From an uncultured delta proteobacterium (lineage in GTDB: Bacteria > Myxococcota_A > Polyangia > Polyangiales > Polyangiaceae): a DNA stretch of 64,000 nt. The stretch covers positions 4,192,001 through 4,256,000 of the forward strand of contig CAWAIF010000003.1 of the NCBI GenBank assembly GCA_963782055.1, in the 5' to 3' direction. The stretch's first letter is position 1, and the number at the start of each line of letters is the position of its first letter. The translations under genes were made by a program, and so were the position numbers. Positions 1 to 10,617 of the stretch are shown piece after piece. Under the pieces are notes generated by a model. That model searched no databases, was not told the origin of the DNA, and saw only the letters and a list, made by a program, of their open reading frames with translations.

Positions 1-779
1 ACGTCGTCGGCTTCGACCCGATGAACGAGCCGGCGTGGGGCACCTACGCGATGAACGCCTACGAGGCGGACCGCCTGCAGCCCTTCTACGAGCGCGTCGT
101 CCCCGCGGTGCGCGCGGCGGCGCCCAGCTGGGTCGCCTTCCTCGAGCCGGGGGCGAGCCGCAACCTCGGCCAGCCCACCCGCCTGGCGCCCTTCCCCTTC
201 GCCGACGTGGTCTACGCGCCGCACTCCTACGATCGCGACGCCGAGTCGGGCGCGGCGTTCGATCCCTCCCACCGGCAATCGGTCCTCGACAACGCCGCCG
301 CGCTGCGTGCGGAGGCGACGATGCTCGGCGCCGCCCTCTGGGTCGGCGAGTACGGCGCGCCGTCCGGGGAGGCCAACGTCAGCGACTACATGAACGCCGA
401 GTGCGACGCCTTCGCCGCCGTCGGCGCGGGGAGCGCGTACTGGGACTTCAGCAAGAACGACACCGGCTACGGCCTGCTGGACGCCGCGGGCAACGAGAAG
501 CCCGCGCTGCTCGGGGCGATCGTGCGCCCCTACCCCGCGCGTGTGGCCGGCGATCTGCAGTCGTACGCGTACGACGCCGGCACGCGCACCCTGACGGTGA
601 CGTACGTCCCCGACGCCGCCGTCACCGCGCCGACGGAGATCGTCGTTCCGCCGCGCGTCTACCCCGGAGGAGTGACCGTCGACTGCGGCGGCTGCACCAG
701 CGACACCGAGCCGGGCTGGGTGCACGTGCGGACGCCGCCCGCGGCCTCGCCAGCGGTGGTGACGGTTCGGCCGCGCTGA
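1..779 (+). CDS. Glycoside hydrolase family 5 (endoglycoceramidase-like), 5'-partial
   Basis: Frame is open from the window start (VVGFDPMNEP): GH5 acid/base NEP motif, YAPHSY, nucleophile region LWVGEYG, and RPYPARVAG leading into a beta-sandwich C-domain typical of EGCase-like GH5. Confidence 0.85.
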   Translation, partial: VVGFDPMNEPAWGTYAMNAYEADRLQPFYERVVPAVRAAAPSWVAFLEPGASRNLGQPTRLAPFPFADVVYAPHSYDRDAESGAAFDPSHRQSVLDNAAALRAEATMLGAALWVGEYGAPSGEANVSDYMNAECDAFAAVGAGSAYWDFSKNDTGYGLLDAAGNEKPALLGAIVRPYPARVAGDLQSYAYDAGTRTLTVTYVPDAAVTAPTEIVVPPRVYPGGVTVDCGGCTSDTEPGWVHVRTPPAASPAVVTVRPR

Positions 780-796
780 CCTAACATCCCGGACCG

Positions 797-1840
797 ATGA
801 GCGTTCTCGGCGCCGGACCCCTCGTACACGACTGGCTGACCGCCGCGGCGGCGGAGCACGACGCGGGCGTCGCCATCGCGTCGCCCTCCCGTCACGTCAC
901 CTTCGGCGAGCTGGGGGCGTACGCGGCGGCCCTGGCCGGGGCCCTCACCCACCGGGGCGTCGGCGCGGGCAATCGCGTCGTCTGCGCGCTGGACGGTGTC
1001 GAGGGCGCGGTCGCCTTCTTCGCGGTGCTCCGCTGCGGCGCGGTGGTGGTGCCGTCGGCGCCGGAGGAGCTCGGCGCGCTGCTCGTCGAGACGCAGGCGA
1101 AGGCGCTGATCGTCGACGCCGCGCACGCCGCCAGCTTCGTCGAGGCGGCCGCGCGGGCGCCGGGGCTCGCGACCATCGTCGTCCACGGCGCCTTCGACGC
1201 CTCGCGCGCCGCCGGCGTCGCCACCTACGTGGCCTACGAGACCGCGCTGATGGAGCACGACGAGGCGCACCCGGTGAGGGGCATCGACCTCGACCCCGCG
1301 CTGCGCCTGCGCGCCGTCCCCGCCGGAGTCCCTCACGCCACGCTGCTCGCCCGCGCGGCGACGCTCGCGCGAGGCCTGGAGCTGCGCCCCGGCGACGTGC
1401 TCGCGCCGGCGTCGGACGAGGACCGCACGGCGTTGCTGGCCGCGCTGGGCGCCGGCGCTTGCTTCTTCCTGGGCCCGGCGGCGGACGCCGCCGACACCCT
1501 CGCCGCCGCCCCGGACGGCGCGCGCCTGCACGTCGTCGCCTCGCTGGACGACGAGATCGCCGAGGCCCCCGGCGCGACGCTCCACCGCCTCTACGCCACC
1601 CCCGCGTGCGGCCCCGTCGCCGCGCTCGCCCCCGGCGCGGCGGGCGCCTCGCTGGTGGTGCTGCCCAACGTCCAGGTGCGGGTGCTCGGCGAGGGCGGCG
1701 CGGTGCTCGACGCGAGCGTGGTGGGCGACGTGGCCGTCCGCGGCGCCGGCGTGCTCCCGGGCAGCGCTGGCGCCGGCGGCCTCGTCCTCACCGGCGACCA
1801 GGGCATGGTGGACGCCGAGGGCCGCCTTCACCTTCTATGA
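797..1840 (+). CDS. AMP-binding (ANL superfamily) protein, degenerate/truncated
   Basis: N-terminus resembles acyl-CoA ligases (VTFGEL..LAGALTHRGVGAGNRV..FFAVLRCGAVVVP); VGDVAVRG and TGDQG near the end; the TSGTTG P-loop and C-terminal subdomain are absent. Confidence 0.65.
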   Translation: MSVLGAGPLVHDWLTAAAAEHDAGVAIASPSRHVTFGELGAYAAALAGALTHRGVGAGNRVVCALDGVEGAVAFFAVLRCGAVVVPSAPEELGALLVETQAKALIVDAAHAASFVEAAARAPGLATIVVHGAFDASRAAGVATYVAYETALMEHDEAHPVRGIDLDPALRLRAVPAGVPHATLLARAATLARGLELRPGDVLAPASDEDRTALLAALGAGACFFLGPAADAADTLAAAPDGARLHVVASLDDEIAEAPGATLHRLYATPACGPVAALAPGAAGASLVVLPNVQVRVLGEGGAVLDASVVGDVAVRGAGVLPGSAGAGGLVLTGDQGMVDAEGRLHLL

Positions 1841-1901
1841 GGGGCTCCAGGCTTCAGGCTAGCCCGGAGCCATCCGCGCAGCGGGGCGAAGGAGGGCGCG
1901 G

Positions 1902-3301
<1,400 letters not shown>

Positions 3302-3305
<4 letters not shown>

Positions 3306-4906
3306 GAGATCCCCGTATGCTTTCCAGGTGGATGGATGGGCAAAGTTACCCTGAAGACCGTGCGCCCCGGGACGCTGTCGACGTCCACCGAGCCTCCGTG
3401 GTCGGTGACGATGCGGTGCGTGATGGCGAGCCCCAGACCGGTGCCCTGAGGCTTGGTGGAGTAGAAGGCGTCGAACACCGGCGCGTCCTCCGACGGCAGC
3501 CCGGGGCCGTCGTCCTCCACCTCGAAGGTCACGGTGCGCGGCTGGCGCCGGACGCGGAGCACGACCTGCCCGCCGCCCGTCGCGTCCAGCGCCTCGATGG
3601 CGTTGCCCGTCAGGTTGAGCAGGACCTGCTCCAGCTTGGCGCCGTCGCCGTCGAAGGAGAGCTCCTTCTCCGGGACATCGCAGTTCACCGTGACGCCCCC
3701 CTTCTTGGCGCCGTCCTCGCACAGGGAGACCACCCGCGCGCAGAGCGCCTGCGCGGAGAGGGTCTTCACCGCGAGGGGCTTCGGCCGCGCGAAGTCGAGG
3801 AACTCGGTGACCAGCGCGGCCAGCCGCTTGATCTCGTCGCTGACCACCTCCACCGCGTCGTGCGCCTCCTTGGCCGCGCCCGCTTTGCGGAGCTCGCGCG
3901 AGAGGTACGCCGTGTGGAGCTGGGCGCCGTTGAGGGGGTTGCGGATCTCGTGGGCGAGGCCCGCCGCGAGCGTGCCGACGGCGGCGAGCTTCTCCGTCTG
4001 GCGCGTGCGCTCGGCGAGGAGGCGCTCCTCCGTCCTGTCCAGGCCGACGGCGAAGGTGACCACCTCGTCGTCCAGGTCGGACGGCGCGAAGGAGATCTGC
4101 CAGAGGATGTCGCGCAGCTTGCCCTGCCGCGAGCGGAGCACCGTCTCGACCGTGCTCCGCTGGGCGCCGTCCATGTGCGAGACCTCCACCGCCCGGGTGA
4201 ACGCGGAGCGGTGCCCCTCGGCGACGAAGGTATCCACGAAGGACATGCCGAACGCCTCGTCGCGCTCGTAGCCGGTGAGGTCCTCTGCGCAGCGGTTGAA
4301 GAGGCGGATGGTCCCGTTGCGGTCGAGCCCGATGACGAGCGCCTGCGCGAGCTCCACCGCCGTGACGTACCGGTGCTCGGTGCGCGCCATCGCCTGGCTG
4401 ATGGACACGGCGTCCTCGTCCTGCATGCGGCGGATGCGTGCGAGGAGCGCGGCGTTGTAGCTCTCCATGAGCACCGCCAGCTCGACGTCCAGCAGCTTGT
4501 CCACGGCGCGCCGCACCGCGCCGGAGCGCGCCCCCAGCTCCCGCTCGGCGAGCGCGGCGAGCTCCTCGCGCACCAGGGACATGGCGGTGAACATGTAGCG
4601 CTGCGGGAGGCCCACGCGGACGTGCACCGCGCCGATCTTGGAGGACTCGGCGTAGTAGCCCTCGTCGTAGACGCCGCCGAGGAGGCGCCGCATCCACTTG
4701 ATGAGCGACTGCTGCAGCCTGTCGATCTGCGCCTCGTCGCGGAAGACGGCGTGCGCCTCCTCGTGCTCGCGCGTGCGCTCGTAGAACGCCCTGGCGATGC
4801 CCTCGAGGTGTGGGCTCGCCACGGCGCCCAGCTCGGCCACCATCCGCGCGTCGGCCTCGACGAACCCGACGTACCGCTTCAACTCGGCGAAACGTGTCTC
4901 CTGCAT
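3302..4906 (-). CDS. Globin-coupled sensor histidine kinase (globin-PAS-HisKA-HATPase)
   Basis: N-terminal sensor globin ([20 protein letters not shown] with proximal His), PAS ([11 protein letters not shown]), H-box [10 protein letters not shown]-box [10 protein letters not shown]-boxes DDGPG and GTGLGL. Confidence 0.9.
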
Positions 4907-4907
4907 T

Positions 4908-5327
4908 CTAGGCGTCCGTGGGCGGCAGTTTGGGCGCCGGCGCGGTGAGGCGGTGGAGCTCCCCGCGCAATTCCTCGTACGACAGCGGCTTGGTGAACAC
5001 CACCGGCGGCGGCTCGAAGGCTTGCTCCATCCACTCCGCCTGGAGGGGATACCCGGTGACGACGACGACCGGCATGCCCGGCCGCCGCGAGCGAGCGTAG
5101 CGGGAGACGGCGACGCCGTCGGCGTGGGGCATGCGAAGATCGGTGACCAGCACGGCCGGGACGGGATCGCGAGAGAGCCGGCCCAGCGCCGCGGCGCCGT
5201 CCACCGCCACCTCGACGGCGTAGCCATCCTCGCGCAGCATGTGGGCGAGGCGCCGGGCCGTGCGCACGTCGTCCTCGACGATGAGGACCAGCACGCGCGC
5301 GGCGGCGGGGAGGACTGGAGACTCCAT
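4908..5327 (-). CDS. Single-domain response regulator (REC)
   Basis: VLIVEDD, TDLRMPHADG, VVVTG, TKP motifs; sits in the operon between the USP and kinase genes. Confidence 0.88.
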   Translation of the reverse strand: MESPVLPAAARVLVLIVEDDVRTARRLAHMLREDGYAVEVAVDGAAALGRLSRDPVPAVLVTDLRMPHADGVAVSRYARSRRPGMPVVVVTGYPLQAEWMEQAFEPPPVVFTKPLSYEELRGELHRLTAPAPKLPPTDA

Positions 5328-5328
5328 T

Positions 5329-5784
5329 TCACCCGGCCTTCGCCTTCTCTCCCCGGATGGTGAGCACCGGGCGCGTCGCCGTGCGGATGACGTTCTCGGC
5401 GACGCTGCCGAGCAGCACCCGCGACAGTCCCCTGCGCCCGTGCGTGCCGATGATGATGAGGTCGGCCCCGACATCCTCGGCGACGGCGTGCACCTCGTCC
5501 CACGCGACACCCTGGCGAAGCACGGTCTCCATGGGGACGCCGCTGGCCTTGTGCTTCTCCAGGCTCGCCTGCAGGCCTGCCTGCGCGCCGTCCACGATGC
5601 GATTGGCCATCTCCACGCTCGCCACCAGGGCGCCATCAGGGAAGCCGTAGATGGGCAGCTCGTAGGCGTGCATGAGGACGAGCTTCGCGCCCAGGGCCTT
5701 CGCCAGGTCCACCCCGTAGACGAGGGCGTGCTCGGCCGTCGGGCTGAAATCCGTCGCGACGAGGATCGTCTTCGGGATGTGCAT
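5329..5784 (-). CDS. Universal stress protein (UspA family)
   Basis: ILVATDFS...DLIIIGTHGRRGLSRVLLGSVAENVIR signature. Confidence 0.95.
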   Translation of the reverse strand: MHIPKTILVATDFSPTAEHALVYGVDLAKALGAKLVLMHAYELPIYGFPDGALVASVEMANRIVDGAQAGLQASLEKHKASGVPMETVLRQGVAWDEVHAVAEDVGADLIIIGTHGRRGLSRVLLGSVAENVIRTATRPVLTIRGEKAKAG

Positions 5785-5791
5785 GGCTCGG

Positions 5792-6895
5792 CTAGCTGCA
5801 AATCGCTTGCCGTATCTCTTGCGCCACCTGCAAATCCTCCCGCGCGGTGACGACGAGGACCGCAACCGGCGCGTTTGTCGGGGAGATTCGCCTGTCCCCC
5901 TCCCCTTGCACGTTCGCCCCTTCGTCCAGCGCAAGACCCGCGTAGGCCAGGGCGAGCGAAGCGTCTGCGCGAAAGCGCGCGTCGTGTTCGCCTATTCCCC
6001 CGGTGAAGACGAGCCCGTCGAGACCTCCCAGGCTCCCCACCATGGCCCCGCAAGTCCTGCGCCAATACCGCAACAGTTGCGCTAGAGCGAGCCGCGCCTG
6101 CGCGTCCCCGGCCTCTGCCTTGCGGCGCACCTCGCGCAGATCTCCCGCCCCGGGCGCCGCCGTCGACAGGCCGGACCGGTGCTGCAGGCCCTCCTCAATC
6201 TGGTCCCACGACAGGCCGCGGGCCGCCAGATGCAGCACCACGCCGGGGTCCAGCGCGCCGGAGCGCGTGGCCATCATCATCCCGTCGAGCGGGGTCATGC
6301 CCATCGTCGTGTCGATGGACCGGCCGTCCAGCACCGCGGTGATGGAGGAGCCGGAGCCCAGGTGGGCGACGACGAGCCGCCGGGGCAGCGCCCCGAGGAG
6401 CCCGCGCGCCCTGCCGACCGCGTACGCCACGCTCAGGCCGTGAAAGCCGTAGCGCCGGATCGCGTAGCGCGTGTTCCACTCCTCGGGGAGCGGATAGATC
6501 GCGGCGTCCTCCGGGAGCGTCGCGTGGAACTCGGTGTCGAAGGCGGCGACGTGCGGGACGCCGGGCAGCACCGCGCGCGCGGCGTCGATGGCGGCGAGGG
6601 CGGGGCGGGCGTGGAGCGGGTCCAGCTCGACGAGCCCGGCCAGGGCCGCGCGCACCTCGTCGTCGATGACGACCGCGCGGCGGAAGACCGAGCCCCCGTG
6701 CACCCAGCGGTGCCCCACCGCCTGCACCTCGCCGGCTCGCGCGGCGACGGCGGCGACGCGCGCGCGGCAACCTGCGGACTCGGACGGCAGGGCCGGCTCC
6801 GTGCCGCCGAGGGGATGCACCTCGCCGTCCAGGCCGACCACCGACCACTTGAGCGAGCTGGATCCGACGTTGAGCACGAGCGCTCGCCGCGTCAT
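5792..6895 (-). CDS. ackA: Acetate/propionate kinase
   Basis: LVLNVGSSSLK, GHRWVHGG, FDTEFH, RRYGFHGLS, HLGSGSS, DTTMGMTPLDG, FTGGIGE motifs. Confidence 0.93.
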   Translation of the reverse strand: MTRRALVLNVGSSSLKWSVVGLDGEVHPLGGTEPALPSESAGCRARVAAVAARAGEVQAVGHRWVHGGSVFRRAVVIDDEVRAALAGLVELDPLHARPALAAIDAARAVLPGVPHVAAFDTEFHATLPEDAAIYPLPEEWNTRYAIRRYGFHGLSVAYAVGRARGLLGALPRRLVVAHLGSGSSITAVLDGRSIDTTMGMTPLDGMMMATRSGALDPGVVLHLAARGLSWDQIEEGLQHRSGLSTAAPGAGDLREVRRKAEAGDAQARLALAQLLRYWRRTCGAMVGSLGGLDGLVFTGGIGEHDARFRADASLALAYAGLALDEGANVQGEGDRRISPTNAPVAVLVVTAREDLQVAQEIRQAICS

Positions 6896-6998
6896 GCGGA
6901 CGAAGCTAGGTCAGCGTGCACGATTCGGCTACGCCGAATCGCGTGGGGGCGTGCTCATCCCCACGCCGCCGAACGGAATCCGGCGGGCTCACTCCGAC

Positions 6999-7514
6999 TC
7001 AGGGCTCGACCCGCTCGCGGACGAAGGCGCCGTCGTCGCTCCACCCGCTCAGCTGCACGTAGTCCACGCCGAAGAGGGAGAGCACCACGTGGATGTCGTT
7101 CAGCCGCGCGTGGGTGCCGTGCACCGTCATGTACGCGGCGGAGGCGCACGTGCCGTCCTGCGCCTTCCACGTGCGGATGCTGATCGGCCGCGAGGGGAAC
7201 CCGCGCAGCGCCACCTGTGCCTCGTCGCCCTCGACCGCCTGTCTTCCCACGCCGAGCACCTTCGCCTCGCGATCGGTCAGGCCCTCGGTGGCGTGCGGTC
7301 CCTTCTCCAGCATCTGCCAGTAGGGGTGGACCGGCGCGGTGCCGGCGGGGTCGCAACGGTCGTCGACGTGCACGGCGTAGCGCACCTCGTTGCGGTTGTT
7401 GCTCTTGGAGACGTGGAAGGCGCTGGGGATGTCACGCGTGCTCGCCGCTCCCGCGAGCACCGTCACGGCCGCCAGCGCCACGGTGGGTTTCACCAGGCGC
7501 TGCACCATGCTCAT
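6999..7514 (-). CDS. Secreted DUF4833-like protein
   Basis: Signal peptide followed by FHVSKSNNRNEVRYAV..PVHPYW..EGL pattern resembling DUF4833; start at 7514 or 7508. Confidence 0.6.
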   Translation of the reverse strand: MSMVQRLVKPTVALAAVTVLAGAASTRDIPSAFHVSKSNNRNEVRYAVHVDDRCDPAGTAPVHPYWQMLEKGPHATEGLTDREAKVLGVGRQAVEGDEAQVALRGFPSRPISIRTWKAQDGTCASAAYMTVHGTHARLNDIHVVLSLFGVDYVQLSGWSDDGAFVRERVEP

Positions 7515-7648
7515 GACATTCCTCGTTGCGCTCGGCGGTGCTCGACATTCATGGTCCCTCGCATGCTCACAAGTTGCGTGCGGTCGCGCTGCGTCGCAAC
7601 GTGCGCGCGCGGATTGGAACAGCGTGCAACGCGGCTCGAGCGTGCGTT

Positions 7649-9319
7649 TCAAGGGCGCGCGAGGCCGACGAGCACCCACCCGCGCGACGCGCCCAGATCG
7701 TAGAAGTACGCGCGCAGGGTGGTGCGAGCCCCCGCGTCGTCGCGATGCACCTCGAGCATGGCGTAGCGCTCCGCGGAGTCGGCGGCGGCGCCCTGCGGCG
7801 CGAAGTGGCCGGGCAGGCGCACGCACACGCCGTCCGGCGGCGCGAGCTCGACCGTGGGCCGCGCGGCCGCGGGCTTCAGCCCCGGCCCGACGCGAAGCTC
7901 GGCCGTGTACGTCGTCGTCGCGCGCCGGGAGATGCCGGCCCGGAGAGCGAGGTCCGTCGCGCAGAGACGGTCCGGGCGGTCCATCGTCACGTCGGCGAGC
8001 GGCGAGCTGACACGGAAGGCGGCGCGGAGGATCTTCTCGCGCCGCCCCATCAGGATCTGCACGAGCTTCTGCTCCTCGGCCGGGTCGCTGAGGCGCCCCG
8101 CGTGCACCGCGACGCGCACGTGCGCCTCGCCCAGGCGGGCGATGCGGCGCGCCATCCAGCCGAGGTCGGCGTGGTCGGCGCGCGCCCACCGCACGAGCGG
8201 CGTCTGCGGCGAGAAGGCGAAGGGGTCGAAGTGGGCCACGTCCAGAAAGCCGAGGTTCGGGTAGCGCGGGTCCAGGTGCACGTCGTCCCACGGCCGGCGC
8301 ACGAAGCCGAAGCCCAGGGTGTCGACGAAGATCTCCGGCACGTTGGACACCGTCGCGAAGCCGACGCGCGGCTCCGGGAAAGGGGAGCGCACCGGCATGC
8401 CGCCGAGCGCGTCGCTGAAGTCGAGGAAGTAGTGCACGACGTGCCCGCCGGCGGGTCCCAGCGGGAGGAAGGTGTCGTAGGTGTTGAGGCCGCGCGAGTC
8501 CCAGTGGTCGGTCCACGCGGCGAGGAGCTTCTCGCCGCGCAGCTCGCGGCGGTCCTCGTGGGGGATGCGATCGTTGGGGTCGTCGCCGCGCGTGCCCTCC
8601 GTGCGCCAGGTCCCCACGCCCTTGCCGCCGATGAAGCGGCTCGCGCCGAGGCGCAGCTCACCGCCCACGCCCCTGGTCGCGCGCGCGAGCACCGCGTCCA
8701 GGACCGCCCTGGTGAGCGGCACCTTCCTGCCCGTGGAGCGCACCTCGACGGACCGGGGGCCGATGCGGACGGCGTCGCGCGGCACGTAGATGACGTCGTT
8801 GCAGGGCGCGTTGAAGCCCACCGCCCAGTACAGGCGCGAGACGATGGCGTCGGCCGCGGTGGCCATCTCCGGCTGCCGCGGGTCGAGCTCGTCCACCTTG
8901 AGCACGTACTTCTGTCCGCGCGCATCGACGACCACCATGCCGGGGGTCGTCCCCCCGGTCTTGGAGTTCTTGACCAAGAAGGGCGGCGTCGGCACGTCCG
9001 GACACGTGCCGCGCACGAGCTGCCCCGGCGCGACGGTGCGGTTCTGGAACCAGGCGGAGTCCGGCACCTCGTCCATCGCGTTCACGTCCCGCGCCTCCCC
9101 GCTCGTCTGGAAGAGGAACGCGTGCGAGATGGGCCGGAAGAGGATCGTGTCCAGGGTGTTGGCGTAGTCCGACTCCTCGTTGTCCTCGGGCGGGTGGGGC
9201 ATGGGCTGGTCGACCACGCGGGTGACCGGCGCGCGCAGGGCGAAGCGCGTCGTGCCGCCACACCCCACGACGCCGAGCGCCAGGACGGCCGCCAGGCCGG
9301 CGCGCGCGCCGCCCCTCAT
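7649..9319 (-). CDS. Lipoprotein with atypical (HipA/CotH-like) kinase-fold motifs
   Basis: Lipobox LGVVG-C; Gly loop KTGGTTPG, YVLKVD (Lys), PEMATAA (Glu), HWDSRGLN (D-x4-N), FLDFS (DFG-like). Start overlaps the upstream stop (ATGA). Confidence 0.65.
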   Translation of the reverse strand: MRGGARAGLAAVLALGVVGCGGTTRFALRAPVTRVVDQPMPHPPEDNEESDYANTLDTILFRPISHAFLFQTSGEARDVNAMDEVPDSAWFQNRTVAPGQLVRGTCPDVPTPPFLVKNSKTGGTTPGMVVVDARGQKYVLKVDELDPRQPEMATAADAIVSRLYWAVGFNAPCNDVIYVPRDAVRIGPRSVEVRSTGRKVPLTRAVLDAVLARATRGVGGELRLGASRFIGGKGVGTWRTEGTRGDDPNDRIPHEDRRELRGEKLLAAWTDHWDSRGLNTYDTFLPLGPAGGHVVHYFLDFSDALGGMPVRSPFPEPRVGFATVSNVPEIFVDTLGFGFVRRPWDDVHLDPRYPNLGFLDVAHFDPFAFSPQTPLVRWARADHADLGWMARRIARLGEAHVRVAVHAGRLSDPAEEQKLVQILMGRREKILRAAFRVSSPLADVTMDRPDRLCATDLALRAGISRRATTTYTAELRVGPGLKPAAARPTVELAPPDGVCVRLPGHFAPQGAAADSAERYAMLEVHRDDAGARTTLRAYFYDLGASRGWVLVGLARP

Positions 9320-10617
9320 CGGCCGCCTCCGACCAGGCCGAGGGCGCGCATCCGCCGCCAGAGGGTGGTGCGGCTCATGCCGAGCATCGTCGCCGCCCGA
9401 CCGCGGTCACCGCCCGCGCGCGCCAGCGCCTGCCGGATGCGCGCGGCGGTGTCGTCGTCGTGGTGCGCGGGGTGCGCGGTCGCCAGGACCACCGGCCCGC
9501 CGGGCGCCGGGTGGTCCGTCAGGTCGGCGGGCAGCTCGGTGACCGAGAGTACGGGACCGTCGCCCGTCGCGAAGGCCGACTCCAGCACCGAGAGCAGCTC
9601 GCGCACGTTCCCCGGCCACGCGTGCTGCTCCAGGCGCGCCATCGCCGCGGGCGAGACCTGCTCCACCTGCCGGCCGCCCCGCTGGTTGAGCGCGGCCACC
9701 GTCTTGTCCACCAGCAGCCGCACGTCCCCCTGGCGCGCGCGCAGCGGCGGCAGGTGCATCGAGACGACCCGCAGGCGGTAGCCCAGGTCGGCGCGGAAGC
9801 GGCCGGCCTCGATCTCTTCCTGGAGCGAGACGTGGGTGCTGGCGATCACTCTCCCGCTGACGGGCGTCGGCGCGCCGCCGTCCCGCGGCGTGACGAAGCC
9901 GCTCTCCAGGGCGCGCAGCAGCTCCGCCTGCACGGCTGCGGGCATGTCCTGCACGCCGTCCAGGAAGACCGTGCCGTCGCCGGCGCTCTCCTGGCCGATG
10001 AGCACGCGCTCGAGCTGCGCGGGCGTGGCGGCGCCGCACTGCAGCGTGTGCAGGGGGCCGGTGCGGTGGCGCGAGAGGGCGTGGATCGCCGCCGCGAAGG
10101 ACGCCTTGCCGGTGCCCATCTCGCCCTCCAGCAGCACGCTCACGTCCCAGCCGGCCACGTGCTCGGCCAGCCGGAAGAGGCGCTGCATGGTCGGGTCGCA
10201 CGTCCACATGTCGCCGAGGCGCCACGGCGCGTCGTGCCCGGGCGGCGGCTCCTCCGCCAGGGCGATCAGCCACCCGAGCGGGCGGCCACGCGAGAGGATG
10301 GGCGTCGCCCGCATGCGCACGAAGCGCTGGACGCCTGTGTGTCGCAGCCGGGGGACCAGCGCCACCACCGGCCGGTGCTCGGCCAGCGCGTCGGCCACCG
10401 GACCGGTGGTGGCGCCCCCGCAGAGCAACTTCACCACGTGCGCGCCCTGCGGCATCCGTCCGCCGAGCACGCGCTCCGCCGAGGAGGTCGCGACGATGAC
10501 GCGCAGCTTCTCGTCGAGCAGCATCGCCGGGCCTCCGAGAGACTCGAAGGCGCCGGCCACGAGCGCCCGAAGGGCGGGGTCGTGCTGGGTCGTTCGTCGC
10601 GCGCTGGTGTCGCTCAT
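9316..10617 (-). CDS. Fis-family AAA+ transcriptional regulator, degenerate bEBP lacking GAFTGA
   Basis: PAS-like N-terminus, GEMGTGK, FLDGV, GRFRADLGYRL, WPGNVREL, HTH LGMSRTTLWRRM; the GAFTGA loop is deleted. Confidence 0.85.
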   Translation of the reverse strand: MSDTSARRTTQHDPALRALVAGAFESLGGPAMLLDEKLRVIVATSSAERVLGGRMPQGAHVVKLLCGGATTGPVADALAEHRPVVALVPRLRHTGVQRFVRMRATPILSRGRPLGWLIALAEEPPPGHDAPWRLGDMWTCDPTMQRLFRLAEHVAGWDVSVLLEGEMGTGKASFAAAIHALSRHRTGPLHTLQCGAATPAQLERVLIGQESAGDGTVFLDGVQDMPAAVQAELLRALESGFVTPRDGGAPTPVSGRVIASTHVSLQEEIEAGRFRADLGYRLRVVSMHLPPLRARQGDVRLLVDKTVAALNQRGGRQVEQVSPAAMARLEQHAWPGNVRELLSVLESAFATGDGPVLSVTELPADLTDHPAPGGPVVLATAHPAHHDDDTAARIRQALARAGGDRGRAATMLGMSRTTLWRRMRALGLVGGGR

